Below, one piece after another: positions 25,139 to 37,497 of a DNA stretch of 64,000 nt. The first letter of the stretch is position 1, and each line of letters starts with the position of its first letter. The stretch spans positions 558,001-622,000 of the forward strand of contig VJWM01000108.1 in the NCBI GenBank assembly GCA_010909165.1. The letters run 5' to 3'. Position numbers and translations under genes: made by a program. The DNA comes from Anthoceros angustus (taxonomy: Eukaryota; Plantae; Anthocerotophyta). Below the pieces are notes generated by a model. It ran no database searches. It saw only the letters and a program-made list of their open reading frames with translations, and had not been told where the DNA came from.

Positions 25139-27320
25139 ATGGAGGGGCATGAGAGTGAGATGGCTTTACAAGTACCTGCAGTGATGGCCTTGGATAACTG
25201 TGAGGACACAAATCTAGCAATGCTGCAGGTACCTCCAATGATAGCGAGGGACAGCAACGAGGATACAAATCTAGCAATGTCAGATGACGGCCGTCGGGAG
25301 AAAATTTTACTTGCTTTGGGTGTGTTGTGTGCTCTTGAGATTTGCTCATCATCTCTCCGGACATTCATAACTACTGGAGCAGTGGCTTTGCATCACGAAG
25401 TGTTCGAGTCTAGTGGGAGAAAAAAAGAAACGACTATCAACATGGTGTGTGAAACGAAACCAAGGGTTTACGGATCAATCACTTCTTGGGTCTTACACAG
25501 ATGAGATGTTCAAGGAGCGTTGTCGAGTAAGCAAAGCCACCTTCTAGTATCTGTGCGCTGAAATTGGCCCTTTGGTGTTCAAGCAAGACACCACATTTCG
25601 GAAAGCCATTCCTGTGGACGCAAGAATTGCGATGGCCCTCAGGAGGCTGGCCACTGGAGACACGCTTCAAACTCTTAGTGACTGCTATGGATACAGCACA
25701 ACTGCAGTTTGTAATGCTACTTTGGAATTCTGCAGAGCCCTGGTTTCCAAATTGCACGATACCTACATCATGTGGCCTGGAAAGAGCAAAATGGCTGCAT
25801 ATGCAGCAGAGTTCCTTGAATTGCAAGATATCCCGTATGTGGTTGGAGCTGTCGATGGGAGTCACATCCCCATTATTGCTCCTCGCAGAAACAAGGGGGA
25901 TTACTATAACAGAAAAGGGTTCTACTCTCAACTTGTCACCTTCCACTTCCCTAACCTCTACAGGCCCCACATATTCGCTGCACTTGGGATGATCATAGCG
26001 TGGTAAGAAGATAGATGGATCATAAACTCCCAACCGGCTCTGTTTGTCGAATATTCTCACTTCTGCAAGAGCCTCCTCGACCTCCTTCAGCTCGATGGGA
26101 CACGCCCCGGATTTGCCAGCTTTCAATTGCTTGAGCACGGCCGTCAAGCAAGTGATGGCTTCCCGAAGCATTGCAGCCCGGAAAGAGCCTTGCCTTGCGG
26201 AGCATGCTTTTCTTATGACTCGGATCCATACTCAAGGCCTTCACAGCATCATGGAGAGCATTCTCGTGCTGGTGGACGCGGAGCCATGCTTCTGCTCGGT
26301 TGGAGAGAGCAAGCTTGCAAACCCCAGGCTCCAGATCTGACGATGATTCGCATGCATCCACGCATTCAGAGTAGGAATCTATGGCCTTCTTCCACTGCTT
26401 TGCAGCGAAGTAGCTGTTCCCCTGCTTCCGCATCAGCTCAACCGCCTCCAGAGTGCTGGCAGCCTTCACTTGAAGCTTGAATCAACGGCCGGACCGACTT
26501 CAACGACGTCGGCCAGATAGTCCACCCCAAGTCCCACGCAGCAATCGTTGTAAAACAAGAGGCAGGGCTCCTTGATTGCAATTGTCTCATGGGATTACGA
26601 CTATGGATGGGCAAGGCCTTCACAGCATCATGGAGAGCATTCTCGTGCTGGTGGACGCGGAGCCATGCTTCTGCTCGGTTGGAGAGCAAGCTTGCAAACC
26701 CCAGGCTCTACATGTTGACTCCTTATAGAGGGTCTAAGGACGGACTGACACTAGAGCAGGAACATTGGAACTTTGTTCAAAGTTCCACTAGGATGGCTGT
26801 AGAAAGAGCATTTGGAATCTTGAAAGCGAGGTGGAGGTGTCTGCTAAAAAGATTGGACATGGAGCTGCAGAACATCCCTATTGTCGTTCAGGCATGTTTA
26901 ATTCTACACAACATGTGCATCATCCATAAGGACGCATTCGATCAAGCTTGGCTAGAAGAGGCAGCATATTCATGTGTTCATGATATGGATGATGACGAGG
27001 AGGCCACAAGAGCAGCTCGAGAAACTCTATATGAATTGAATGGGGTGCGTCATGGTAGGGGGAATGTCCACAGGGTTCAATTTGCACACGGAGAGGAACA
27101 TGAAGACGAAGTTGAGATGCCTGGATATGAAGCAGGAGTGAAGCGAATCCGGGACATAGCTAGAGCTCTGTATGAAACCAGAACCCAAAAGAATATTAGA
27201 CTAGTTTTTTTGGAAGACACAGATTTAGAGTCTTGTGATGAAGAATCGATCGTGATTCAAATCCGCTTGTGTACCTCAAGAGAGCCTCTTCTATATAAGG
27301 CTGATTTTTCAATTCTGTAA
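25139..27320 (+). pseudogene. Harbinger DDE transposase, disrupted by host-gene-derived inserts and frameshifts
   Basis: ALRRLATGD, VGAVDGSHIPI...YYNRKGFYS, WDYDYGW, LTPY...SSTRMAVERAFGILKARWRCL...ACLILHNMC. Confidence 0.88.
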
Positions 27321-27333
27321 GACAGAAATAGAA

Positions 27334-28416
27334 CTAAGGCTGATTTTTCAATCCTGTGGACAGAGTGGCCACTAAACTCTCTAACAATGCCATTTTCTTT
27401 TCCTCCAGGGCTTCCAATTTTTGGGACATAGAACTCAAGAGACTGATAGCATCAGATGCATTATCTTGACCAATCCTCCTCTTTTTGGTCATGTCTTCAT
27501 TGCTGACTCCGCTCATCGAAGAACTGTCCACACTTGACCTCTTGTGTGAAGAGGCATGAGCCTCACATACAATGTGAGCGCGGTTATGCATGTAGAGGTC
27601 AACAATGTCAAACCATGCACATTTTTCAGACTGTTGTTGCTTGATATGGCATTGTGAGCCTTGTCCACCTTGTAATCCTTATAAATCATTTTCCACTTCT
27701 GCCTACAGGCCTCTGGATTCTTGTCGAAATCATGACAAGTTGCAGCTATTGCTGCAGCCACCTTGCTCCAAATCTCAATTCCTGTAGGGGCCGAGAAGAC
27801 TGTAAGACCACAAGTTGCATTTTATGGCTGTGCGAGCTTGAACTGTAGCAAAAGCTAAGATACCTTGTTTTGGTGACTTGTCGAATTCGGCCTGCATCCC
27901 ACCCCGTACATGGATGAGATTTATCACATGGTGCTCTTTCCATGCATCTGCCCTCTTGCCGCCTGTCGAAGGTTCAGCTTCTGCCTTCACATTTGGCTCC
28001 TTCTTCACTCCACGACGGCGTTGTTTGGTGGGGACAGGTGCAATTTGCACGCAATCTTCATCCTGATGGAGCTGATTCCCTCCATACTGAGATGCTGGAT
28101 GCACTTGCAAGAAAGGGCCCGCTGGCGACCCCCGCAGAGCAAGAGGTGGCAAGGAATTGCCAACAGCTGATGCCCCAAGGATGGGCACTGTGTAAGGCAA
28201 TGGAAAGTTATTGGCAGAAGAAAAACCGCTCACTTGCGAGCCTTGCGAGAAGCCACTTATTTGTGAGCCTTCTACGAAGCCGCTCCCTTGCCACTGATCT
28301 TGACCACTGAAACCACCACTGAAACCACCACTGAAACCACCACTAACGTACGAGAACATACTTTCACGAGGCTGACGCAGAAACGGATCCATGTCCGCCC
28401 CGCTTAAGCAAAGCAA
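27334..28416 (-). CDS. Harbinger Myb/SANT (trihelix-like) DNA-binding protein, with intron or frameshift
   Basis: WKEHHVINLIHVRG and ACRQKWKMIYKDYK motifs, plus a C-terminal coiled coil, inside the Harbinger TIRs. Confidence 0.72.
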
Positions 28417-28999
28417 TGGTTTCTAAATGAGGTTCACGACTTGTGGAGGAAGGTGCGCTTCCCGCTACAAAATAAAGTGAGTCAATAGGGTGAACGGTAT
28501 GGTGAACGGGGTGTCCGAACGGACCGTAAGAGATAAATATTCACCGTAATAAAGTCCTGAAGAATGCCACATGTCTACATACCATTGCTTAGAAGTTTTT
28601 GGGTCTGACATAACGAGACCCTATCAGTAGCTATTGGGCCTTTGGCCCGGTAGCTACTGCCAGCTTTCAGAAGTGAGAGAACTTGCCATGTCACCATGGC
28701 ATGACCGGGTAGTGTATAAGGGGTTTACGGGCAACACCCAATCCCGGCTCTCCAATCCCTGACAAGGTGGTCATGACCACCCTAGTGTAAACCCGACCTA
28801 AGGTCAACATTACGGTCCTCTGAGCACTTCATTATGAGAATTTGGACCGGCCTGCAATGCTTTGAACTTTCGAATGTCTGGTCTCAAATATTGTGGATCC
28901 TTTGATGTCGCAAAAGAATTCTCTAGGTCAGTTGTAGGTGGATGTGGAAATTTTATATATTTTCTAGCTTGCCTGGCCTGGCTGCAAACGCACATTGAT

Positions 29000-29500
29000 C
29001 ATGACTGATAGACCCTAGGTTCCTTGCATGATTAGACCCTAGGTTTTGAGGGGAAGGAAAGTTATAAGAGGCAAAAGAGCTATAAAGAGTTCAAATGGGT
29101 TTGTCAAAAATCAAGAAGCTCAAAGAGACATAGGCCAGTGAGCTTCGGAATATGAAACGAGAAGAATTTGCGCAAGGAAAAATGAGTACACTTAAAAAGA
29201 AGAGTGTAGCGAGCTCGAATAGGAGCATAGACAGGGCAATAGAAGAGGAAGTGTGTATCAGATCTAGGGTCAAGGGAGCAGAGCTTGCAAATATGGGCAG
29301 CTTGAGGAGGTGTGGGCTTAAGCCAACTCTCGGTGTCGATTCGGAGGTGGTGGGAGATGACACGGAATAGACCGATGAGAGTGCGGAGCTTGAAGGAGAG
29401 AGGCCAACTGAGGTAACGTGTTAGGGCAGAGAACCCAGAGAGGGGATTGACAGGAATTCCTCTTGCTAGAGGAGAGACCATTTGGACACACAATAGCCCC
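29000..29500 (-). mobile_element. 3' fragment of a LINE ORF2 (RTEX/L2-like zinc knuckle)
   Basis: FRVISHHLRIDTESW...ICKLC...HFLFYCPVYAPIR. Confidence 0.65.
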
Positions 29501-30016
29501 TACCACATCACCCACCCTAACTATAATAAACTAGGCAAATGCTAGTCTAATTCAAAGAATATTATTACTCTTATCAAAGAAGGTTTTTACGACAAACGAA
29601 GTGTTAGTTCCTGCCACATCACCCACCCTATGGGTGATTGTACACCTGATAGCGGTGGTAGAGCCACGTGGCTCTGTCCACCGCCCACCCACCGGCCGAC
29701 GTCTAGTTATCGGTGCCTTGATGTCGAGGGTATCGGCATGCGACTGGTGCATATATACACTGTATGCTTTAAACCGACAGTTTATGGCTGTTGTCATGCT
29801 ATGGCTGATTGATTGTTTAATAGGTCGAGTGCGTGCCTGGCAATGCGTGTCAGATACCTCTGGCCTTCGGGGGTAGGTGGTATTCACATCACCGCACGCA
29901 TCGCCGGCCACGGTGGTGCAAGCACCGCATCACCACCGGTCAATATAAAAGGCCATTAGCCGTGTCAACCAATTACAAAGCGCCGAGCTCGGCGGTGTAA
30001 TGTGAAACCACCCTAA

Positions 30017-30438
30017 GGGCCAGTTCACACCGGGCCTCGTGTGAGGCCGGAGGTTTTGACAATTCTTCTACAAAACTAGGCCTCGTGTCGCCGATCGACA
30101 AAATCCTAGCCTTATTGTCTATATATGCCCTTGATGGCGATTAGCTCCAAGGAAATTTCACATTGACCATCCCCATCCACAAATCCCGTTCCCAAATTAT
30201 CGTAGAAGTTAGTCATCTCAAAATTAGTAACAACGTCGACTTGTTATTGGTTTAGTGATGGACGCTTTTAAGTGTCATCAGTCTGTGGTTGCGAGTTCCG
30301 CAGGAACAAACTGGCAATTGGAAACTTCGCCAAGCAAGGGACACGGGGGCACTCTGTTTTTCGTGTGAACGCCCTGACATCCGCATCATATGCTATTAGC
30401 CAATTAATATGTTGAGTCAAGCCGGTGTGAACCAGCTC
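30017..30438. mobile_element. Tourist-like (Harbinger) MITE
   Basis: TIRs GGGCCAGTTCACACCGG / CCGGTGTGAACCAGCTC with TAA on both sides. Confidence 0.78.
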
Positions 30439-30951
30439 TAACTATAACAATCAGGCAAATGGTATTCTAATTTAGAGATTATTAATCCTCTTGTCAGAGA
30501 AGGCTTTCAAGACAAACGAAGTGTTAGTTCTCACATCACCCACCCTATGGGTGATTGTACACCTGATAGCGGTGGTAGAGCCACGTGGCTCTGTCCACCG
30601 CCCACCCACCGGCCGACGTCTAGTTATCGGTGCCTTGATGTCGAGGGTATCGGCATGCGACTGGTGCATATATACACTGTATGCTTTAAACCGACAGTTT
30701 ATGGCTGTTGTCATGCTAATACAACTGTACGTGGGATTGTTTAATAGGTCGAGTGCGTGCCTGGCAATGCGTGTCAGATACCTCTGGCCTTCGGGGGTAG
30801 GTGGTATTCCGACATCACTGTGCACGCATCATCAGCGTCACGGTGGTGCAAGCACCGCATCACCACCGGTCAATATAAAAGGCCATTAGCCGTGTCAACC
30901 AATTACAAACTGTCAGCAGGCTACTGGCGGTGTAATGTGAAACCACCCTAA

Positions 30952-31366
30952 GGGCCAGTTCACACTGGGCCTCGTGTGAGGCTGGAGGTTTGACAATTCT
31001 TCTACAAAACTAGGCCTCGTGTCAGGCTGGGATCTGACAAAATCCTAGCCTTATTGTCTATATATGCCCTTGATGGCGATTAGCTCCAAGGAAATTTCAC
31101 ATTGACCATCCCCATCCACAAATCCCGTTCCCAAATTATCGTAGAAGTTAGTCATCTCAAAATTAGTAACAACGACTTGTTATTGGTTTAGTGATGGACG
31201 CTTTTAAGTGTCATCGGGCCTCAGGTTGCGAGTTCCGCAGAACAAACCGGCAATTGGAAACTTCGCCAAGCAAGGGACACGGGCACTGCTGTGGTGAACG
31301 CCCGACATCCGCATCATATGCTATTAGCCAATTAATATGTTGAGTCAAGCCGGTGTGAACCAGCTC
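30952..31366. mobile_element. Tourist-like MITE, second copy
   Basis: Same TIRs and TAA flanks as 30017-30438. Confidence 0.78.
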
Positions 31367-31823
31367 TAACTATAACAATCAGGCAAATGGTATTCTAATT
31401 TAGAGATTATTAATCCTCTTGTCAGAGAAGGCTTTCAAGACAAACGAAGTGTCAGTTCATAAGGAGTATCTCTCCATTTCCGATCTGCTATACCGCAAGT
31501 GACACCATGGTGTCGTTGGAGGTACACTGGCATGCAAAGTATCGAATGCTTCAAAAGTATGTCTAATTGGCTTCGGCCAAATGCACACACATTTATAAGA
31601 ACGTCGCTCTTAAGCATTCTGTGCGTAGGAGGTACACTTATATGTAGAGTACCAGATGCTTCAAATTGTGTCTAAATGGCTTAGGCCAAATGGACAGACA
31701 TTTATAACAACGTTGTTCTTAAGCATTCTGTGCGTCAGAGGTACGCTTGCATAGCGTGTCTAAATGGCTTAGGCTAAATGGACACACATTTATAACAACG
31801 TTGCTCTTAAGCATCCTGCACTT

Positions 31824-31997
31824 CGATCGGTACTTGAAGAAGAAGAAAAAGAAGAAGAATTTTATTTAGTGGACGATCGGTACTTGAAGAAGAAGAAGAA
31901 GAATTTTATTTAGTGGACGATCGGTACTTGAAGAAGAAGAAGAAGAATTTTATTTAGTGGACGATCGGTACTTGAAGAAGAAGAAGAATTTTATTTA
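31824..31997. repeat. Minisatellite CGATCGGTACTT(GAA)nTTTTATTTAGTGGA, 4 copies
   Basis: Seen directly; the GAA count varies per unit. Confidence 0.85.
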
Positions 31998-32345
31998 AGT
32001 CCACTAAGGATTCAAATCATGGGACTTGGTACTTAACAACTTGCACCATGGTGTGCCTAAGCTACTTGCACCAAGGGCATCCACTCCCTTTAGGCACCCC
32101 ATCTAAGTACCGATCCTAGCTCAAGATGCTTAATCACGGCGTTCTTATAAATGTGTGTCTTGAGCTACTTAATCACGGCGTTCTTATAAATGTGTGTCCA
32201 CTTGGCCTACTTGGATGGGGTGAACGCCCTTAATTTAAGGAGCTTAGGCACACCTAGACTTAAAGCAAAATTTCCCGAGCGATGGTAAATTGGGCGCTGC
32301 AATCAAATGCAATTGCTTGGCCTGACACCCAAGGTTTATCCTCAA

Positions 32346-32416
32346 TGCACCGGCCGGGAATCGAACCCGGGTCTGTACCGTGGCAGGGTACTATTCTACC
32401 ACTAGACCACCGGTGC
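32346..32416 (-). tRNA. tRNA-Gly(GCC)
   Basis: GCACCGGTGGTCTAGTGGTAGAATAGTACCCTGCCACGGTACAGACCCGGGTTCGATTCCCGGCCGGTGCA folds as a cloverleaf with GCC anticodon and A/B boxes. Confidence 0.97.
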
Positions 32417-33435
32417 TGTGCTGGCTAATCTGAGAACTGGAATTTTTTTCCAAAAACTCGCTACCTCTCGGACATGTACACCCCCAACTGCCAGGGATGC
32501 GAGCGCGGCACGCGATCGTTTACATCCGCCGCCGGGATTGGGTAGCTGATTTGTAGAAATTGTCTCGCCTTATTAGACCACAACTGTTGCATTGTTTAAC
32601 TGTTGGACGGCGGAATCCTCATCCTGACGCTCTCCCACCTCCTCCACGTAAGTATCCTCATGGTTCCTCCGACTGCTAGTGCTGCCCCGCATCCTTCCTC
32701 GTGGACAGAAACGGTTTCCTCTGATCGCTCCCTCGCCGCCCCTGCCTTGCCAGGAGTCCTGCTGCCGGTGCTGTCCTCAAGCTTACTATTTCTCCTCAGG
32801 CTTAGGGAGATCTGGCGCAGAGAAGGGGATTGCAGCTTGCTCCCTCACGAATTGCGGGATATCCTCGGTCGAGAGCTTTGAAGCACCGACCTGTTGCGGA
32901 AATTCGTTCTTACAACCTGCTATGAGATGCTTGTGCGTGGCACAATAATATCGATTAATTGCGAGGGAGCACCTTGGCTTCACACCGAATGCCAGGGAGT
33001 GAATCTTGCCGGAGAGCTTCTGTCGGAACCGGCTGGGTAGAAGAGCAGAGAAGGGAACATCTTCAACTGTGCAGGTCCATCAACGATGCATAAAATCGCA
33101 CAAGCCCTAAATCACTAGGTTCCCAGTCCCTAGGCTGGAGACAAATGCTTAGCGCGGATTTCGTACCTCAAGACGACGACGCTCGTTAGAGGAAGCATCT
33201 ATATTGTGCCAGACACGATGGGCCGAGCAGGAAAACTTGATGAGGTACTAGCTTCTATATGATCAAAACCGAATTGCCTAATGGTGCCATTTGGTACACC
33301 GTGTTGGGTGCTTGTGGAAAGTGGAGCACAGCACAGCACAGCACAGCACAGTCCTTTACATTTATTGCCACCTTCCATGGGAATGACTCGCGACTCCCGC
33401 ATGCAACAGTTCAACGTCGGCTTTTCTCTTCATTC

Positions 33436-35559
33436 TCACGGCCGACCCTGACAGCTGCAACAACCAGCTGAGAATCGATGCACACGATAGCCATCCCTTA
33501 CGACAATTTCTCTCTTCTCGACCCTTGACATGATCTCGGTGGAACTGTGGCAATCACTGCACATGCGTAGATTCTTGGTTATCATCAGAGGTGTGCCACT
33601 GGGAGTGTTCAAGAGACCGAACGCCAGAGCTAGCTTCTCAGCATGCCCGCAAAGCGCATCTTCCTTTTCCGTCTCACGCAGTGGCTTCAACACCAACTTT
33701 GTGTGAGGTACGTGGCCCCTTCCTGCTTCAGACGTGCATTCATGCTCTCCACCTAAATATCCTCTGTTTTCGCCCACTACAAACGTATGTACCTGCTGCT
33801 TTACCTCAATGCCCGCCACAGCAGGTTTCTTGTTAGCTCCTGCTACCATCCTCTGTGTTTCAGTCCTCTGTACATCGGTCCACCTACCTGCATCTGCGTA
33901 GGCATTGGCCATGAGCACATATGCAGACGCCCACTGAGGGTCCAGTCTTACAATGCTGTCAAAACACCGTATCGCCCTCTCTATATCCCCGTGACTTTTG
34001 CAGGCATTCAGCAAACACGTCAGTCCCCCAACATTGCTTTGGCACTCGCATGATAAGAGCATGCTCTCAGCCTCATCTAAATGGCCTGCACGCCCAAGAA
34101 GATCAATCATGCAATTGTAATGGTCAGAAGTAGGTCTGATGCCATGCTGTTCAGTCATGGACGCAAAGTGCTTGCGACCCTCATGCACCAGTCCCTCATG
34201 ACTGCATGCTACTAAAAGGGAAAGAAAAGTAGCATCATTAGGCTGAATACCAGCAACCAACATCTCCTGAAAACAAGCTACTGCGTTGTAACCTTCGTCA
34301 CAAACACCATATCCAGATATTAGGGCCGTCCATGTCACCACATCCTTCCTGGGCAAGCTGTCAAAAACCCGGCGTGCAGCATCCAGTTCGCCACATTTTG
34401 CATACATGTCCACCAGGGAGGTTCCCAACACCACGTCATGCAGCAGTCCTCTTTCCACAATGTCTGAGTGCAGCTGCCTACCGGTCTGTAAGGCACCAGT
34501 GCTTGCGCAGGCCTTCAGCAGGCAAGCAAAAGTGACACGGTCAGCAAAAATGAGGCCATCCTGTTCCATTTGTCCATACAGAATAAGTGCTTCTTGGCCG
34601 AACCCTTGGTGTGCATACCCAGCTAACAGTGCATTCCATGTCACCACATTCTTTGTGGCCAAGCTGTCAAAAACCTGGCGTGCAACTGCCAGCTCGCCAC
34701 ATTTTGCATACATGTCCACCAGGCAGTTGCCCAACACTACGTTATCCAGCAGTCCTCTTTCAACAATCTGTGAGTGCAGCTGCCTGCCCTTCTGTAAGGC
34801 GCCAGCGCTTGCACAGGCATTTAGAAGGCAAGCGAAAGTTACATCGTTAGCCACAAGGCCCTCTTGCTCCATTTGTCCATACAGTACAAGGGCCTCTTGG
34901 CCGAGCCCCTGCTGTGCATACCCAGCAATCAGGGCCGTCCACGTCACGACATCCTTCCTGGCCAAGCTGTCAAAGGCCCTCCGTGCATCTTCCAGTTCGC
35001 CACATTTTGCATACATGTCCACCAGGCAGTTTCCAACAAACAAGCCGGGAGGAATGCTACTTTGCAAAACATCAGAGTGCACTTTTCTCCCGGATTCCAA
35101 GTCGGCGGCAAATGCACAAGCTTGAAGGGCAGCTACAAAGACGTAATCATCCGCTTTCCCTCCTGATCTACGCATCGCATGATACAATTGTATGGCCTCA
35201 TTAGGTTTCCCATGCTTAGCATATGCAGAGATAATGGAAAACCACATGAAGGCATTTGGTCTGCCTACCCTGGTGAACACATCCATGGCCTCCTGCAGCC
35301 TACCTCTAGATGCATACATGCGCAAGATATGGTTTCCCAGGTATGCATCCGACTCGTACCCAAGTTTGACAATGAGGTCATGAACTCGTCGCCCCACAAC
35401 CAGATCCTTCTTAGCTGTACACAGTTTTAGCACAGTGTAAAATAGAGACTGAGAGATGGCAGAGTCTGTGTGTGCCAGAGATTCCAGGGCTCCAACGGCC
35501 TCAGAAAGCTTCCCCTGCTGGCATAACGTGCGCACGGTTACAGGCGTTCCCATGCCCAT
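33436..35559 (-). CDS. PLS-PPR-E-DYW:KP protein ending GRP; true start probably ~35845 across a 1-bp indel
   Basis: 707-aa ORF with KKPAVAGIEV, CGHAEKLALAFGL, CSDCH, CSCQGRP. A short locally frameshifted segment follows GENR. Confidence 0.85.
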   Translation of the reverse strand: MGMGTPVTVRTLCQQGKLSEAVGALESLAHTDSAISQSLFYTVLKLCTAKKDLVVGRRVHDLIVKLGYESDAYLGNHILRMYASRGRLQEAMDVFTRVGRPNAFMWFSIISAYAKHGKPNEAIQLYHAMRRSGGKADDYVFVAALQACAFAADLESGRKVHSDVLQSSIPPGLFVGNCLVDMYAKCGELEDARRAFDSLARKDVVTWTALIAGYAQQGLGQEALVLYGQMEQEGLVANDVTFACLLNACASAGALQKGRQLHSQIVERGLLDNVVLGNCLVDMYAKCGELAVARQVFDSLATKNVVTWNALLAGYAHQGFGQEALILYGQMEQDGLIFADRVTFACLLKACASTGALQTGRQLHSDIVERGLLHDVVLGTSLVDMYAKCGELDAARRVFDSLPRKDVVTWTALISGYGVCDEGYNAVACFQEMLVAGIQPNDATFLSLLVACSHEGLVHEGRKHFASMTEQHGIRPTSDHYNCMIDLLGRAGHLDEAESMLLSCECQSNVGGLTCLLNACKSHGDIERAIRCFDSIVRLDPQWASAYVLMANAYADAGRWTDVQRTETQRMVAGANKKPAVAGIEVKQQVHTFVVGENRGYLGGEHECTSEAGRGHVPHTKLVLKPLRETEKEDALCGHAEKLALAFGLLNTPSGTPLMITKNLRMCSDCHSSTEIMSRVEKREIVVRDGYRVHRFSAGCCSCQGRP

Positions 35560-36213
35560 TTCCGATCCTTCACGCCTGCCAGGTTCAGGCTTAGGGAGAT
35601 CTGGCGCAGAGAAGGGATTGCAGCTTGCTCCTCACGAATTGCAGGATATCCTCGGTCGAGAGCTTTGAAGCACCGACCTGTTGCGGAAATTCGTTCTTAC
35701 AACCTGCTATGAGATGCTTGTGCGTGGCACAATAATATCGATTAATTGCGAGGGAGCACCTTGGCTTCACACCGAATGCCAGGAGTGAATCTTGCCGGAG
35801 AGCTTCTGTCGGAACCGGCTGGGTAGAAGAGCAGAGAAGGAACATCTTCAACTGTGCAGGTCCATCAACGATGCATAAAATCGCACAAGCCCTAAATCAC
35901 TAGGTTCCCAGTCCCTAGGCTGGAGACAAATGCTTAGCGCGGATTTCGTACCTCAAGACGACGACGCTCGTTAGAGGAAGCATCTATATTGTGCCAGACA
36001 CGATGGGCCGAGCAGGAAAACTTGATGAGGTACTAGCTTCTATATGATCAAAACCGAATTGCCTAATGGTGCCATTTGGTACACCGTGTTGGGTGCTTGT
36101 GGAAAGTGGAGCACAGCACAGCACAGCACAGCACAGTCCTTTACATTTATTGCCACCTTCCATGGAATGACTCATGACTGCATGCAACAGTTCAACGTCG
36201 GCTTTTCTTCATT

Positions 36214-37497
36214 CTCACGGTTGACCCTGACAGCTGCAACAACCAGCTGAGAATCGATGCACACGATAGCCATCCCTTACGACAATTTCTCTTCTCGACC
36301 CTTGACATGATCTCGGTGGAACTGTGGCAATCACTGCACATGCGTAGATTCTTGGTTATCATCAGAGGTGTGCCACTGGGAGTGTTCAAGAGACCGAACG
36401 CCAGAGCTAGCTTCTCAGCATGCCCGCAAAGCGCATCTTCCTTTTCCGTCTCACGCAGTGGCTTCAACACCAACTTTGTGTGAGGTACGTGGCCCCCCTC
36501 CTGCTTCAGACGTGCACTCATGCTCTCCGAAACGAGCGCGATATCAGCTCTGTTTTCGCCCACTACAAACGTATGTACCTGCTGCTTTACCTCAATGCCC
36601 GCCACAGCAGGTTTCTTGTTAGCTCCTGCTACCATCCTCTGTGTTTCAGTCCTGTACATCGGTCCACCTACCTGCATCTGCATATCCAAGAAACGAGCTG
36701 CTCATCAACCCACAACATTGCTTTGGCCTCATGATAAGAGCATCTTCTCAGCATGCCCACAAAGCGCATCTTCCAGTTCACCACATCCTTTGGCCAAGCT
36801 GTCAAAACCTGGCGTGCATCTTCTCAGCATGCCCGCAAAGCGCAATATCCTCTGTTTTCTCCCACCACATGGTAGGGTCCAGAAAAATTGTTGCCACAAG
36901 TGCTCCTGCTCCTGGCGACCACCATCGCTGGAAAACCGTCCCCAACTGCCAGGGATGCGAGCGCGGCACGCGATCGTTTACATCCGCCGCCGGGATTGGG
37001 TAGCTGATTTGTAGAAATTGTCTCGCCTTATTAGACCACAACTGTTGCATTGTTTAACTGTTGGACGGCGGAATCCTCATCCTGACGCTCTCCCACCTCC
37101 TCCACGTAAGTATCCTCATGGTTCCTCCGACTGCTAGTGCTGCCCCGCATCCTTCCTCGTGGACAGAAACGGTTTCCTGATCGCTCCCTCGCCGCCCCTG
37201 CCTTGCCAGGAGTCCTGCTGCCGGTGCTGTCCTCAAGCTTACTATTTCTCCTCAGGCTTAGGGAGATCTGGCGCAGAGAAGGGATTGCAGCTTGCTCCCT
37301 CACGAATTGCAGGATATCCTCGGTCGAGAGCTTTGAAGCACCGACCTGTTGCGGAAATTCGTTCTTACAACCTGCTATGAGATGCTTGTGCGTGGCACAA
37401 TAATATCGATTAATTGCGAGGGAGCACCTCGTACAATCCCTGTACACGCAGCAAGTTGTTGGGTCCACAACGGGTCCGGATGCCATACTGTGCCCAT
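36214..37497 (-). pseudogene. Rearranged PPR-DYW:KP copy: leader (MGTVWHPDPLWTQQ, 37497), partial PDF, scrambled middle, DYW fragment
   Basis: DYW at 36214-36682 is near-identical to 33436-33895. FLDPTMWW at ~36880. Confidence 0.7.

Larger units (their letters stand above)
24778..28798. mobile_element. PIF/Harbinger DNA transposon with convergent transposase and Myb/SANT genes
   Basis: TIRs GGGCTGGTTTACACTA / TAGTGTAAACCCGACC. TAA TSD at 24775-24777 and 28799-28801. Confidence 0.9.
29510..31455. repeat. ~0.93-kb tandem duplication (2 copies plus a partial third)
   Basis: 29550-30470 ~ 30470-31400, with a partial unit to ~31455. Confidence 0.85.

Noticed and set aside
25479-26689. A second independent TPR gene
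   Set aside because: It is a partial near-exact copy of 22823-23483 embedded in the Harbinger transposase.
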